Assembly: GCA_016190445.1 (NCBI GenBank)
Contig: JACPQL010000051.1
Coordinates: 38,505-102,504 of the forward strand
DNA length: 64,000 nucleotides
Reading direction: 5' to 3'
Origin: Chloroflexota bacterium
Lineage (GTDB): Bacteria; Chloroflexota; Dehalococcoidia; Lucifugimonadales; JACPQL01
The notes beneath the pieces were generated by a model, which saw only the letters and a list, made by a program, of their open reading frames with translations, was not told where the DNA came from and searched no databases. Numbering within the stretch: the stretch's first letter is position 1; each line of letters opens with the position of its first letter. A program made the translations under genes and the position numbers. Below, piece after piece: positions 45,652-55,670 of this stretch.

Positions 45652-47445
45652 ATGCAACTCACCACCAGGATTCGACCCAAGGCCCTCTGGGCACTGGCAG
45701 GGCTGCTGGCGCTCCTGGCACTGCTGGGGGCCTGTGCCGGTGCCGAGCCCACCGCCACGCCCACCTCCACTCCGACACCGACCACGGCTGTAGGGCCCGC
45801 TCCGACGCCCACACCCAAGGCTTCGCCCACCCCTACCCCAACGCCCCGCGTCATCCTTGTGGCAACCCCCACGCCCACGCCCACGCCGGGGGCTGTGAAA
45901 CCTGCCGTCCGCGAGCCCAGGGGAGGTATCACCGTGGCCAACGGGCCTCTGGCCAACTACCCCCAGTCACCGGACTACCGGTTCGGCGTGTCCGGCGACG
46001 TCTTCTTCCTGCACCTCGCCTTCGAATGGCTGGTGGGGGTAACCCCGGACCACCAGCTCGTCTCCATGCTGGCGGAGAGCTGGGAGACCCCCGACAACGG
46101 CCACACCTGGGTCTTCAAGCTGCGCAAGGGCGTCAAGTTCCACAATGGCAAGGAGATGACCGCCGAGGACGTGGCCACCAGCTATAACTCATGCGCCGCG
46201 AAGGGCACGAACACCACCCTCTGCGGCTGGAACAGGAGCACCCTGACCGCCTTTGAGGTGGTGGACAAGTATACGGTGCGCACCTCCCTCAAGCGCGAAG
46301 GGGACAAGCTCTTCCTGCCGGCCTACCTTGGCCGCTCCTCCTGGTACGGTCAGGTGATCTCGCCCAAGGAGCTTTTCGAAAAGTACCCCGACAGGCCGTG
46401 GCCTGGGGGCGAATCTATAGGCACGGGCCCTTACAGACTGGTGGAGGTGGTGAGGGGCGAGAAGATGCGGAGCATTGCCCTGGACCCCAAGACTGACTGG
46501 GCCCAATGGCGCGTCGTCCCAGCCTTCAAGGAGGTCAACGTCCTCCCAGTCAAGGAAGATGGCACCCGCATAGCCATGCTCAAGACAGGCGCCGCCGACC
46601 TCATTGACGTCCCCACCGCCCTCAAGAAGGAGGTGGCGTCCTACGCCAAAGCCTCGGCCAAGCACGGCGCCACCGCTGGCCTGGCCAACATCATGGGCAT
46701 GGACCACCCCCTCAGCAAGTGGTGGAGCAAGAAAGAGGTCCGCATGGCCCTAAACCTGGCCATTGACCGCCAGGAGATCGCCGACTTCCTCTTCAACGGC
46801 GAGGCCGAGCCTATCGCCGCCCTCCACTTCTCCCCCACCGCGGAGGGGTTCGATCCCAACCTGAAGCCCCACCCGTACGACCCGGCGAAGGCTCGCCAGC
46901 TCCTCAAGGACGCCAACTACGACATGAACTTCGTGTGGAACATATGGCTTCGCGCCATGGGCGGGGTCCCCGAGCTCCAGGCACTGGGAGAGGCCATCGC
47001 CGCCAAGTGGGAGAAGGAGCTGGGCCTCAAGACCAAGCTCGTCCCCACTGACGCCACCGTCAGCCAGAGTGCCATGGAGAAGCACGACCCGGCCATCGTG
47101 GGCCACTTCCTTACTCGGCGCTCCACCAACTTCCCCGATCTCTCCGTGCCCATCAACACCTTCTCAGTCTCCGCAGCGCTGAGGGGCAGCCACACCACAA
47201 TACCCTGGCACGAGGCTAGCCCAATAGACCCGCTCAACCTCCAGCTCGCAGCGGCGTCGGACCCCAAGGAGCGGGCCCGCATAGCCGGGCAGATACAGCG
47301 CTACCTGCACGACGAGTTCGTGCACGTGGGCGACTGGTCGGTGCACGTGCTGTACGCCTACAACGCCAAGACCATAGGCAAGTGGACGCCCCTCCAGGGC
47401 TCCACCTATCTGCACTTCCTGGAGTACGCCGAGCCGCCAAGCTAA
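45652..47445 (+). CDS. Family-5 SBP lipoprotein, array copy 4 (class B)
   Basis: GGAGGAGG RBS. MQLTTRIRPKALWALAGLLALLALLGAC. SPDYRFGVSGDVFFLH. The C-terminus GKWTPLQGSTYLHFLEYAEPPS is identical to copy 2. 597 aa. Confidence 0.9.
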   Translation: MQLTTRIRPKALWALAGLLALLALLGACAGAEPTATPTSTPTPTTAVGPAPTPTPKASPTPTPTPRVILVATPTPTPTPGAVKPAVREPRGGITVANGPLANYPQSPDYRFGVSGDVFFLHLAFEWLVGVTPDHQLVSMLAESWETPDNGHTWVFKLRKGVKFHNGKEMTAEDVATSYNSCAAKGTNTTLCGWNRSTLTAFEVVDKYTVRTSLKREGDKLFLPAYLGRSSWYGQVISPKELFEKYPDRPWPGGESIGTGPYRLVEVVRGEKMRSIALDPKTDWAQWRVVPAFKEVNVLPVKEDGTRIAMLKTGAADLIDVPTALKKEVASYAKASAKHGATAGLANIMGMDHPLSKWWSKKEVRMALNLAIDRQEIADFLFNGEAEPIAALHFSPTAEGFDPNLKPHPYDPAKARQLLKDANYDMNFVWNIWLRAMGGVPELQALGEAIAAKWEKELGLKTKLVPTDATVSQSAMEKHDPAIVGHFLTRRSTNFPDLSVPINTFSVSAALRGSHTTIPWHEASPIDPLNLQLAAASDPKERARIAGQIQRYLHDEFVHVGDWSVHVLYAYNAKTIGKWTPLQGSTYLHFLEYAEPPS

Positions 47446-47523
47446 CAACTGCCTGGCCCTTTCGCCGAAGGACCAGCACACGCAAGCCGCCTCAGCCAAG
47501 CAGGAACAGGAGGTAACTGGACA
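47446..47523 (+). repeat. Conserved short inter-SBP spacer (copy 3)
   Basis: See 43545..43622. The homology continues into the 5' end of copy 5, matching that of copy 3 (ATGaaagcgagcg.cagggtccacctaagagtcctttt). Confidence 0.8.
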
Positions 47524-49314
47524 ATGAAAGCGAGCGCCAGGGTCCACCTAAGAGTCCTTTTTGGCCTGGCAGGTATGCTGGCGCTCCTGGCGCTGCTGGG
47601 GGCCTGTGCTGGTGCCGAGCCCACGCCGACGCCAACCCCCACGCCCACCCTGGCGCCGGGCGTGCCCACGCCGACGCCTACACCCAGACCCTCCCCCACC
47701 CCTACTCCAACGCCTCGCGTCATCCTTGTGGCAACCCCCACGCCCACAGCTACGCCCGGCGCTGTCCAGCCCACCGTCCGCACCCCCAGGGGGAGCATCA
47801 CGGTGGCCAACGCCAGTTTCGCCGGTGGCGCCCACTCGCCAGACCGGCGCTTCAGCAACTCGGCCTCTGACTACTTCTACCAGCACCTGGCCTACGAATG
47901 GCTGGTGAACGTGAACCCCGACCACCAGCTCCTCTCCATGCTGGCCGAAAGCTGGGAGAGCCCAGACGGTGGCCACACCTGGGTCTTCAAGCTCCGCAAG
48001 GGCGTCAAATTCCACAACGGCAAGGAGATGACCGCCGAGGACGTGGCCGCCAGCTTCAACAGCAACATGAAGGTCGGTCTGGGTAGCGGCGCCGACTGGC
48101 AGCGCGGAGCGCTCCAACCGGTAGAGGCGGTGGACAGGTACACCGTCCGGTTCACCTTCAAGGAGGCGAGCCGCCGCATGTTCGTTCCCGCTTACCTGGG
48201 GCGCTCCTCCTGGTTCTCCCAGGTGATCTCCCCCAAGGAACTGTTCGACAAGTACCCGGACAAGCCCTGGCCCGGTGACGAGTCCGTCGGCACAGGCCCC
48301 TTCCGCCTGGTGGAGGTTGTACGAGGGGAGAAGATGCGCAGCGTTGCCCTGGACCCCAAGACCGACTGGACCCACTGGCGTGTAGTGCCTGCTTTCAAAG
48401 AGATAATCCTCCGCCCGGTGAAGGAGGACGGCACCCGCATCGCCATGCTCAAGACTGGCGCCGCCGACCTCATTGACGTTCCAACCGCTCTCAAGGGCGA
48501 GGTCTCCAAGTACACCATCGTCAGGTCCAAGGCCGGCTCCACCGCGGGACTGGGGAACTTCGAGGGCATGGACCACCCCCTCAGCAAGTGGTGGAAGATC
48601 AAAGAGTTCCGCATGGCCCTCAACCTGGCCGTCAACCGCCAGGATATAGCGGACTTCATCTTCTACGGAGATGCCGAGCCCATCGCCGCCCTACACTTCT
48701 CTGCGGAGGTAGGGGGGTTCGACCCGGACCTGAAGCCATACCCCTACGACCCGGCCAGGGCACGCCAGCTCCTCAAGGACATCAACTTCGACTTCAACCA
48801 CGTCTTTAACGTCTGGCTGTACCCGCAGGGCGGCGTGCCAGAACTCGCGGCCCTGGGCACGGCCATCGCCGCCATGTGGGAGAGGGAGCTGGGAGTCAAG
48901 ACCAAGCTCATCCCCACCGATTCGCCCACCTTCACCAAGCTGGTGACCAACCACGACCCATCCGCGGTGGGCCACTTCTGGGCGCGCCGGTCAAGCAACT
49001 TCCCTGACGTGGCACTACCCATCAGCACCTTCTCCGTCTCGCCAGTGATCCGTGGCGCCCACCGCCTCATCCCCTTCCATGAGAGCGCCCCCATAGATGA
49101 CCTCGTCAAGGCGCTGGAGGCCGAGGCGGACCCGGCACAGCGGGCAAAGATCGCCCGCCAGATACAGCACTTCCTGTACGACAACTACGTGCACGTGGAG
49201 GGATGGTCGGTGAACGTGGTGTATGCCTTCAATCCGAAGACCATTAAGGAGTACGAGCCCCTCAATGGCTCCACCTACCTGAACTTCCTGGAGAACTTGG
49301 AACCGCCCAGCTAG
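47524..49314 (+). CDS. Family-5 SBP lipoprotein, array copy 5 (class C)
   Basis: MKASARVHLRVLFGLAGMLALLALLGAC. SPDRRFSNSASDYFYQHLAYEWLVNVNP. The C-terminus KEYEPLNGSTYLNFLENLEPPS resembles copy 3. 596 aa. Confidence 0.9.
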   Translation: MKASARVHLRVLFGLAGMLALLALLGACAGAEPTPTPTPTPTLAPGVPTPTPTPRPSPTPTPTPRVILVATPTPTATPGAVQPTVRTPRGSITVANASFAGGAHSPDRRFSNSASDYFYQHLAYEWLVNVNPDHQLLSMLAESWESPDGGHTWVFKLRKGVKFHNGKEMTAEDVAASFNSNMKVGLGSGADWQRGALQPVEAVDRYTVRFTFKEASRRMFVPAYLGRSSWFSQVISPKELFDKYPDKPWPGDESVGTGPFRLVEVVRGEKMRSVALDPKTDWTHWRVVPAFKEIILRPVKEDGTRIAMLKTGAADLIDVPTALKGEVSKYTIVRSKAGSTAGLGNFEGMDHPLSKWWKIKEFRMALNLAVNRQDIADFIFYGDAEPIAALHFSAEVGGFDPDLKPYPYDPARARQLLKDINFDFNHVFNVWLYPQGGVPELAALGTAIAAMWERELGVKTKLIPTDSPTFTKLVTNHDPSAVGHFWARRSSNFPDVALPISTFSVSPVIRGAHRLIPFHESAPIDDLVKALEAEADPAQRAKIARQIQHFLYDNYVHVEGWSVNVVYAFNPKTIKEYEPLNGSTYLNFLENLEPPS

Positions 49315-49334
49315 CATGACCCCACCACCCCTCG

Positions 49335-49366
49335 AGGCCCACCCTGGCGGGTGGGCCTCCTTTTTT
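49335..49366 (+). terminator. Rho-independent terminator after SBP copy 5
   Basis: aggcccaccc-tggc-gggtgggcct is followed by cc-tttttt-g. Confidence 0.8.
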
Positions 49367-49473
49367 GCTTTCCCGCAATTGTTGCGCCGCTTCCGTCGGT
49401 TGTTGCCACCACCATCCCAGCCCCCAATGTCAGGACGGCCCGTCATCTGTGCAGAACCTCATGAACCCGCAAT

Positions 49474-49502
49474 TTGACAGGACACAGGGGGCCAAATATC
49501 CT
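49474..49502 (+). promoter_or_regulatory. Sigma70-like promoter for SBP copy 6
   Basis: TTGACA (49474..49479), 17 nt, TATCCT (49497..49502). The surrounding block gaacccgcaatttgacaggaca.agggggccaaatatcct is duplicated at 51491..51532. Confidence 0.6.
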
Positions 49503-49551
49503 GGGCGCGTCTAGTTACGAATACACACTACTCCACGGAGGAGGTTGAGGC

Positions 49552-51342
49552 ATGAGACTGAACGTACGGATTCGTCCCCAGGCCCTATGGGGACTGGTCG
49601 GGATGCTGGCGCTCCTGGCGCTACTCGGCGCCTGCGCCGGCGCCGAGCCCACCGCCACCCCGACCCCCACTCCTACCCTGGCCGCAGGGGCACCCACGCC
49701 GACCCCTACGCCCAGGGGTTCCCCCACTCCCACGGCCACACCCCGCCTTGTGGTGGTAGCGACCCCCACGCCCACAGCTACGCCCGGCGCGGTCCAGCCC
49801 ACGGTGCGGGTCCCCAGCGGCAGCATCACCGTGGCCAGCGGGCCCTTGGCCGCCTACACCCACTCCCCAGACTTCCGCTTCGGCGTCTCCGGTGACGTCT
49901 TCTTCCTCCACCCCGCCTTCGAGTGGCTGGTGGGAGTGACCCCAGAGCACGAGCTGGTCTCCATGCTTGCCGAGAGTTGGCAGACACCGGACAACGGCCA
50001 CACCTGGATATTCAAGCTGCGTCAAGGTGTCAAGTTCCACAACGGCAAGGAGATGACCGCTGAGGACGCGGCCGCCAGCTATAACACCTGCTTTAAGAGT
50101 GTCACCACAGGCACCCCGTGCGCCTGGGCCAGAGAGGCCCTCAATCCCTTTGAGGCAGTGGACAAGTTCACCCTTCGCGTAACACTGAAAGAGGCAGGGA
50201 GTAAGATATTCGTGCCTGCCTACTTCGCCCGCTCGTCCTGGTACGGCCAGGTCATCTCGCCCAAGGAGATGTTCGACAAGTACCCTGAAAAGCCCTGGCC
50301 CGTCCAGGATGCCATCGGCACAGGCCCCTACCGCCTGGTGGAGGTGGTGCGCGGAGAGAAGATGCGGCTGGTGGCCCTGGACCCGAAGGCCGACTGGGCC
50401 CACTGGCGCGTCCAGCCCGCCTTCAAGGAGATCATCGTACGCCCCGTCAAGGAGGACGGCACCCGCATCGCCATGATGAAGACCGGCGCCGTTGACCTCA
50501 TTGACGTCCCCGCCGCCCTCAAGAAAGAGGTGGCAGCCTTCACCTTCAGCCGCGCCAAGAACGGGGCCACCGCTGCTCTCCAGAACTTCGAGGGCATGGA
50601 CAACCCCCCCAACGGGTGGTGGAGCAAGAAAGAGGTCCGCATGGCCCTCAACCTGGCCGTTGACCGCCAGGAGATCGCAGACTTCCTCTTCAACGGCGAG
50701 GCCGAGCCCATTGGGGCCCTGCACTTCGGCCCCGGCACGGAAGGGTATGACCCAAGCCTCACACCCTACCCTTACGACCCCGCCAGGGCGCGCCAACTCC
50801 TCAAAGACGCCAACTACGACATGAACTTCGTGTGGAACGTCTGGCTGCGCGGCATGGGCGGCGTCCCCGAACTCCAGGCCTCTGGCGAGGCCATCGCCGC
50901 CAAGTGGGAGCGAGAGCTGGGCCTCAAGACCAAGCTCATCCCCACCGACGCCGCCGTCAGCGCCGCCGCCATGAACAACCATGACCCTGCCATAGTGGGG
51001 CATTTCATCACCCAGCGCTCCACCAACCACCCGGAGGTCACCATCCCCATCGTCACCCGCTCCGTAGGGCCGGCGGTGAGAGGGAAGCACGAATTGCTGT
51101 CGTGGCATGGCGTTGCCCCCACCGACGAGCCCACCAGGCAGCTTCAGGCAGCGACAGACCCCAAGGAACGGGTGCGCCTGGCCCAACAGATACAAAAAAT
51201 CCTCTACGACGAGTACGTCCATGTGGAGGGATGGGCGGTGAATGTGCTCTATGCCTACAACCCTAAGACTATCAAGGTGTTCAACACGCTCCAGGGCTCC
51301 ACATACCTCCACTTCCTGGAGAGCCTGGAACCGCCCAGCTAG
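49552..51342 (+). CDS. Family-5 SBP lipoprotein, array copy 6 (class B)
   Basis: GGAGGAGG RBS. MRLNVRIRPQALWGLVGMLALLALLGAC. SPDFRFGVSGDVFFLH. IFKLRQGVKFHNGKEMTAEDA. 596 aa. Confidence 0.9.
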   Translation: MRLNVRIRPQALWGLVGMLALLALLGACAGAEPTATPTPTPTLAAGAPTPTPTPRGSPTPTATPRLVVVATPTPTATPGAVQPTVRVPSGSITVASGPLAAYTHSPDFRFGVSGDVFFLHPAFEWLVGVTPEHELVSMLAESWQTPDNGHTWIFKLRQGVKFHNGKEMTAEDAAASYNTCFKSVTTGTPCAWAREALNPFEAVDKFTLRVTLKEAGSKIFVPAYFARSSWYGQVISPKEMFDKYPEKPWPVQDAIGTGPYRLVEVVRGEKMRLVALDPKADWAHWRVQPAFKEIIVRPVKEDGTRIAMMKTGAVDLIDVPAALKKEVAAFTFSRAKNGATAALQNFEGMDNPPNGWWSKKEVRMALNLAVDRQEIADFLFNGEAEPIGALHFGPGTEGYDPSLTPYPYDPARARQLLKDANYDMNFVWNVWLRGMGGVPELQASGEAIAAKWERELGLKTKLIPTDAAVSAAAMNNHDPAIVGHFITQRSTNHPEVTIPIVTRSVGPAVRGKHELLSWHGVAPTDEPTRQLQAATDPKERVRLAQQIQKILYDEYVHVEGWAVNVLYAYNPKTIKVFNTLQGSTYLHFLESLEPPS

Positions 51343-51362
51343 AATGGTCGTGGCCACCGTTC

Positions 51363-51396
51363 AAGGCCCACCCTGGCGGGTGGGCCTTCTTTTTTG
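51363..51396 (+). terminator. Rho-independent terminator after SBP copy 6
   Basis: aaggcccaccc-tggc-gggtgggcctt is followed by c-tttttt-g. It is homologous to the terminator at 49335. Confidence 0.8.
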
Positions 51397-51503
51397 CTTT
51401 CCTGTGGTTTTCGCTCTGCCTCCTTGGGGTTGTTGCCACCGCGGCCGGAGTCCCCGGTGCAAGAGCTACCCGCCATTTGTGCAGCACATCCCGAACCCGC
51501 AAT

Positions 51504-51532
51504 TTGACAGGACAGAGGGGGCCAAATATCCT
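51504..51532 (+). promoter_or_regulatory. Sigma70-like promoter for SBP copy 7
   Basis: TTGACA (51504..51509), 17 nt, TATCCT (51527..51532). Confidence 0.6.
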
Positions 51533-51587
51533 CTCCCGCGGCTGGTTACGAAGAACCACGGCTTCAGTAGAAGGAGGACTAGGCACA

Positions 51588-53375
51588 ATGCCGGGCACAT
51601 GGATTCGTATCAAAGCCCTCTGGGCGCTGGCAGGGATGCTCGCACTTGTGGCGCTGCTGGGAGCATGCGCAGGCGCCGAGCCCACTGCCACCCCGACCCC
51701 CACTCCCACCCTGGCCGCAGGGGCGCCTACGCCGACCCCCACACCCAAGGGTTCCCCCACACCCACACCAACACCGCGACTGGTGATCATAGCCACGCCC
51801 ACACCCACTCCCACGCCGGGCGCGGTCCAGCCCACGGCAAGGACCCCCAAGGGCAGCGTCACAGTGGCCAGTGGGCCCCTCTCCGCCTACTCCCACTCCC
51901 CAGACCGGCGCTTCAGCGTCGCTGCCGACTCCTTCTTCCAGGGCATCGCCTTCGAGTGGTTGGTGGGGGTGACCCCGGAGCACGAGCTGGTCTCCATGCT
52001 GGCCGAAAGCTGGGAGAGCCCTGACGGCGGCCACACCTGGATATTCAAGCTACGCCAGGGAGTCAAGTTCCACAATGGCAAGGAGATGACCGCCGAGGAC
52101 GTGGCCGCCAGCTTCAACAGCGACATGCAGGTGGGCACGGGCACGGCCAGCGCGTGGGCCAGGGAGAACCTGACCCCTTACGAGGTGGTGGACAAGTACA
52201 CCGTGCGCGTTTCCCTCAAGGGGGAAGGACGCCGCCTCTTCGTCCCCGCCTACATCGGCCGCTCCTCCTGGTTCGCCCAGGTCATCTCCCCCAAGGAGAT
52301 GTTCGACAAGTACCCCGATAAGCCCTGGCCCGTCTCCGAAGCCATAGGCACCGGCCCCTACCGCCTGGTGGAGGTGGTAAGAGGCGAGAAGATGCGCGGT
52401 GTCGCCCTCGACCCCAAGACCGATTGGGCCCACTGGCGTGTGGTGCCTGCCTTCAAGGAGATCACCCTCCGCCCCGTCAAAGAGGACGGCACCCGCATTG
52501 CCATGTTGAAGACCGGCGCCGCGGACATCATTGACGTCCCCACCGCCCTCAAGAAAGAGGTGGCGGGCTTCACCTTCAGCCGTGCGAAACACGGCGCCAC
52601 CGCTGGCTTGCTGAACACCGAGGGCATGGACAGCGACCTGAGCAAGTGGTGGAAGGTCAAAGAGGTCCGCATGGCCCTCAACCTGGCCATTGACCGCCAG
52701 GAGATCGCCGACTTCCTCTTCAACGGCGAGGCTGAGCCCATCGCAGCCATACACTTCTCCCCCGGCGCCGAGGGGTTCGACCCAAGCCTGAAACCCTATC
52801 CCTACGACCCAGCGAAGGCACGCCAGCTCCTCAAGGACGCTGGCTACGACATGAACTTCGTGTGGAACGTCTGGCTGCGCGGCATGGGCGGCGTCCCCGA
52901 GCTCCAGGCACTGGGTGAGGCCATTGCAGCCAAGTGGGAGCAGGAGCTGGGCGTCAAGACCAAGCTCATCCCCACCGACGCCACCGTCAGCGGCAACGCC
53001 GCCACCAAGCACGACCCGACCATCATCGGCCATTTCATCACCTTCCGCTCCACCAACTTCCCGGACATCTCAGTGCCCATCACCACTTTCTCCGGCGACC
53101 CGGACATAAAGGGGCGCCACGAACTGGTCCCCTGGCACGGAAAGGGGACCATCCACGACAACCTTGTGGCCCTTGGTGGAGCCGCGGACCCCAGGGAGCG
53201 CGCCCGCCTGGCTGGAGAGATACAGAAGACCCTCTACAACGACTATGTCCACGTGCAGGGTTGGTCGGTGCACGTGCTCTACGCCTTCAACCCCAAGACC
53301 ATCAAAGATTTCAGGACTCTCCAGGGCTCCACCTACCTCAACTTCCTGGAGTACCTGGAGCCCCCCACCCCGTAG
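51588..53375 (+). CDS. Family-5 SBP lipoprotein, array copy 7 (class A)
   Basis: ATG 51588 follows AAGGAGGA. MPGTWIRIKALWALAGMLALVALLGAC. SPDRRFSVAADSFFQG. HFITFRSTNFPD. 595 aa. Confidence 0.9.
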   Translation: MPGTWIRIKALWALAGMLALVALLGACAGAEPTATPTPTPTLAAGAPTPTPTPKGSPTPTPTPRLVIIATPTPTPTPGAVQPTARTPKGSVTVASGPLSAYSHSPDRRFSVAADSFFQGIAFEWLVGVTPEHELVSMLAESWESPDGGHTWIFKLRQGVKFHNGKEMTAEDVAASFNSDMQVGTGTASAWARENLTPYEVVDKYTVRVSLKGEGRRLFVPAYIGRSSWFAQVISPKEMFDKYPDKPWPVSEAIGTGPYRLVEVVRGEKMRGVALDPKTDWAHWRVVPAFKEITLRPVKEDGTRIAMLKTGAADIIDVPTALKKEVAGFTFSRAKHGATAGLLNTEGMDSDLSKWWKVKEVRMALNLAIDRQEIADFLFNGEAEPIAAIHFSPGAEGFDPSLKPYPYDPAKARQLLKDAGYDMNFVWNVWLRGMGGVPELQALGEAIAAKWEQELGVKTKLIPTDATVSGNAATKHDPTIIGHFITFRSTNFPDISVPITTFSGDPDIKGRHELVPWHGKGTIHDNLVALGGAADPRERARLAGEIQKTLYNDYVHVQGWSVHVLYAFNPKTIKDFRTLQGSTYLNFLEYLEPPTP

Positions 53376-53397
53376 ACCAGCAGCCGCCGCGCAGGAG

Positions 53398-53430
53398 GGC
53401 CCGCTCCGGTGTGACCGGAGCGGGCCTTTC
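53398..53430 (+). terminator. Hairpin terminator after SBP copy 7
   Basis: A 12-bp stem ggcccgctccgg-tgtga-ccggagcgggcc is followed by tttcc. Confidence 0.65.
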
Positions 53431-53510
53431 CTCTGCCACCTGCAACCCTTGCCACGATGCCATCCCCGGTACCTTTCCCCAGCCCTCCAGCAAATCCACG
53501 CGCACCCCAC

Positions 53511-53540
53511 TTGACAAAAGCGCCGATAGCCCCCTACACT
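53511..53540 (+). promoter_or_regulatory. Sigma70-like promoter for SBP copy 8
   Basis: TTGACA (53511..53516), 18 nt, TACACT (53535..53540). The leader is about 150 nt. Confidence 0.55.
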
Positions 53541-53691
53541 CCCCCTACTACCCACTTCTGGAAGGGCACCAGAGGTTGGTACCGTCTACACCCTCGACGC
53601 TTCGAGACGGATTTCGTACCCCACTCCTCCTGCTCCGGGGTAGCGTCACGGGAAAGCCATAACGGCCCACATATCATCTGGGAGGTGCATA

Positions 53692-55482
53692 GTGAAACGT
53701 AGATACTGGATTCGACCCAAGGCCCTCTGGGCACTGGCGGGGCTGCTGGCGCTTGTAGCGCTGCTCGGCGCCTGCGCCGGCGCCGAGCCCACCGCCACAC
53801 CCACTTCCACTCCCACACCCACCACGGCGGTAGGGCCCGCGCCAACACCCACACCCAGGCCATCACCCACCCCAACACCTACACCCCGCATCGTCGTGGT
53901 GGCAACGCCCACTCCCACACCCACGCCGGGCGCGGTCAAGCCCACCGTCCGCGAGCCCAAGGGGAGCATCACCTTCGCCAGCGGGCCCCTCTCCGCATAC
54001 TCGCACTCCCCGGACCGCCGCTTCAGCGTGGCCGCCGACTCCTTCTTCCAGGGCCTCGCCTTCGAGTGGCTGGTGGGAGTGACCCCCGACCACCAGCTCG
54101 TCTCCATGCTGGCAGAGAGCTGGGAGAGCCCTGACAACGGCCATACCTGGATCTTCAAGCTGCGCAAGGGGGTCAAGTTCCACAACGGCAAGGAGATGAC
54201 CGCCGAGGACGTGGCCGCCAGCTTCAACAGCGCCGCGGCTGTAGGCACGGGCACCTCCGCCGCGTGGCCCCGGTCCAACCTCACCCCCTTTGAGGTGGTG
54301 GACCAGTACACCGTTCGCACCTCGCTGAAGACAGAGGGGCGCCGGATGTTCGTGCCGGCCTACCTTAGCCGCTCCTCCTGGACGGCCCAGGTCGTCTCCC
54401 CCAAGGAGATGTTCGAGAAGTACCCCGACAAGCCGTGGCCTGTCTCCGACGCCATCGGGACCGGCCCCTACCGGCTGGTGGAGGTGGTTCGTGGCGAGAA
54501 GATGCGCGGCGTCGCCCTGGACCCCAAGACCGACTGGACCCACTGGCGAATCGTCCCCGCCTTCAAAGAGGTAATCGTCCGCCCGGTCAAGGAGGATGGC
54601 ACACGAATCGCCATGCTGAAGACCGGGGCCGCCGACCTCATTGACGTGCCCACCGCCCTCAAGAAGGAGGTGGCCGCCTTCACCAACGTCAGCGCCAAGG
54701 GCGGCGCCACCGCGGGCCTGATTAACCACGAGGGCATGGACGCCGAGGTGAGCAAATGGTGGAAGGTCAAAGAAGTCCGCATGGCCCTCAACCTGGCCAT
54801 TGACCGCCAGGAGATCGCCGACTTCCTCTTCAACGGCGAGGCCGACCCCATCGCCGCCATGCACTTCTCCCCAGGAACCGAGGGGTTCGACCCATCCCTC
54901 CAGCCGTACCCCTATGACCCCGTCAAGGCGCGCCAGCTCCTCAAGGACGCCAACTACGACATGAACTACGTGTGGAACATCTGGCTGCGCGGCATGGGCG
55001 GCGTCCCCGAGCTACAGTCCCTGGGCGAGGCCATCGCTGCCAAGTGGGAGCAGGAGCTGGGCGTCAAGACCAAGCTCATCCCCACCGACGCCACCGTCAC
55101 CGGCAACCTTATGGACAAGCACGACCCCAGCATCGTTGGGCAGTTCGTCACGTTCCGCTCCACCAACCATCCCGACGTATCGCTGCCCATCGTGACCTTC
55201 TCCGCCGACCCGGAGCTGTACGGGCGGCACGAGCTGAACCCCTGGCACGGCACTGCGCCCACCCACGACAACATTGTGGCTCTTGGCGCAGAGTCCAACC
55301 CCAAGGAGCGCGACCGCATTGCTCGAGAGCTACAGCGCTACCTGTATGATAACTACATCCACGTGCAGGGCTGGTCGGTAAACGTCCTGTACGCCTACAA
55401 CCCCAAGACCGTAGGCAAGTTCACCCCACTCCAGGGCTCCACCTACCTCAACTTCCTGGAGTACATCGAGCCCTCCAGCTAG
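53692..55482 (+). CDS. Family-5 SBP lipoprotein, array copy 8 (class A)
   Basis: GTG start after GGGAGG. MKRRYWIRPKALWALAGLLALVALLGAC. SPDRRFSVAADSFFQG. QFVTFRSTNHPD. 596 aa. Confidence 0.9.
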   Translation: MKRRYWIRPKALWALAGLLALVALLGACAGAEPTATPTSTPTPTTAVGPAPTPTPRPSPTPTPTPRIVVVATPTPTPTPGAVKPTVREPKGSITFASGPLSAYSHSPDRRFSVAADSFFQGLAFEWLVGVTPDHQLVSMLAESWESPDNGHTWIFKLRKGVKFHNGKEMTAEDVAASFNSAAAVGTGTSAAWPRSNLTPFEVVDQYTVRTSLKTEGRRMFVPAYLSRSSWTAQVVSPKEMFEKYPDKPWPVSDAIGTGPYRLVEVVRGEKMRGVALDPKTDWTHWRIVPAFKEVIVRPVKEDGTRIAMLKTGAADLIDVPTALKKEVAAFTNVSAKGGATAGLINHEGMDAEVSKWWKVKEVRMALNLAIDRQEIADFLFNGEADPIAAMHFSPGTEGFDPSLQPYPYDPVKARQLLKDANYDMNYVWNIWLRGMGGVPELQSLGEAIAAKWEQELGVKTKLIPTDATVTGNLMDKHDPSIVGQFVTFRSTNHPDVSLPIVTFSADPELYGRHELNPWHGTAPTHDNIVALGAESNPKERDRIARELQRYLYDNYIHVQGWSVNVLYAYNPKTVGKFTPLQGSTYLNFLEYIEPSS

Positions 55483-55506
55483 GGCCACCGCGGAACTGCC
55501 CGGCAA

Positions 55507-55542
55507 AGGGCCCGCCCCGGTGTTATCGGGGCGGGCCCTTCC
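55507..55542 (+). terminator. Hairpin terminator after SBP copy 8
   Basis: A 13-bp stem agggcccgccccg (55507..55519) pairs with cggggcgggccct (55527..55539), followed by tcctt. Confidence 0.65.
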
Positions 55543-55570
55543 TTATCGCAAGCGCCGCCGCCCAAACGCC

Positions 55571-55600
55571 TTGACAATGTTCATAGGAGGCGGCTACACT
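55571..55600 (+). promoter_or_regulatory. Sigma70-like promoter for the permease pair
   Basis: TTGACA (55571..55576), 18 nt, TACACT (55595..55600). The -10 hexamer is the same as in the copy-8 promoter. Confidence 0.55.
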
Positions 55601-55670
55601 GGCGGCATCCTTGCGGGGTCGCAGCAACGGATCGAAATGCCGTTGGCGGGACGCGGGAGGGAGAGGGTAA

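Noticed and set aside
18382-51587. N-terminal extensions of track ORFs (18382, 22368, 23186, 26148, 27440, 28606, 29856, 33081, 37469, 39859, 41562, 51477, 3603, 17432)
   Set aside because: The upstream parts overlap the preceding gene or intergenic hairpins and encode P/R/G-rich junk. Internal starts with Shine-Dalgarno sequences, or 4-bp stop/start overlaps, give N-termini that match family expectations (signal peptides, Rossmann motifs).
40198-54864. Long antisense ORFs opposite the SBP genes (for example 40198-41127, 41925-43205, 47548-48576, 49621-51357, 52050-53033, 53863-54864)
   Set aside because: They repeat only because the sense genes are paralogs. Their peptides are low-complexity (G/A/V/H/L/E rich) without motifs. 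The sense strand has strong family-5 SBP signatures, RBSs, promoters and terminators.
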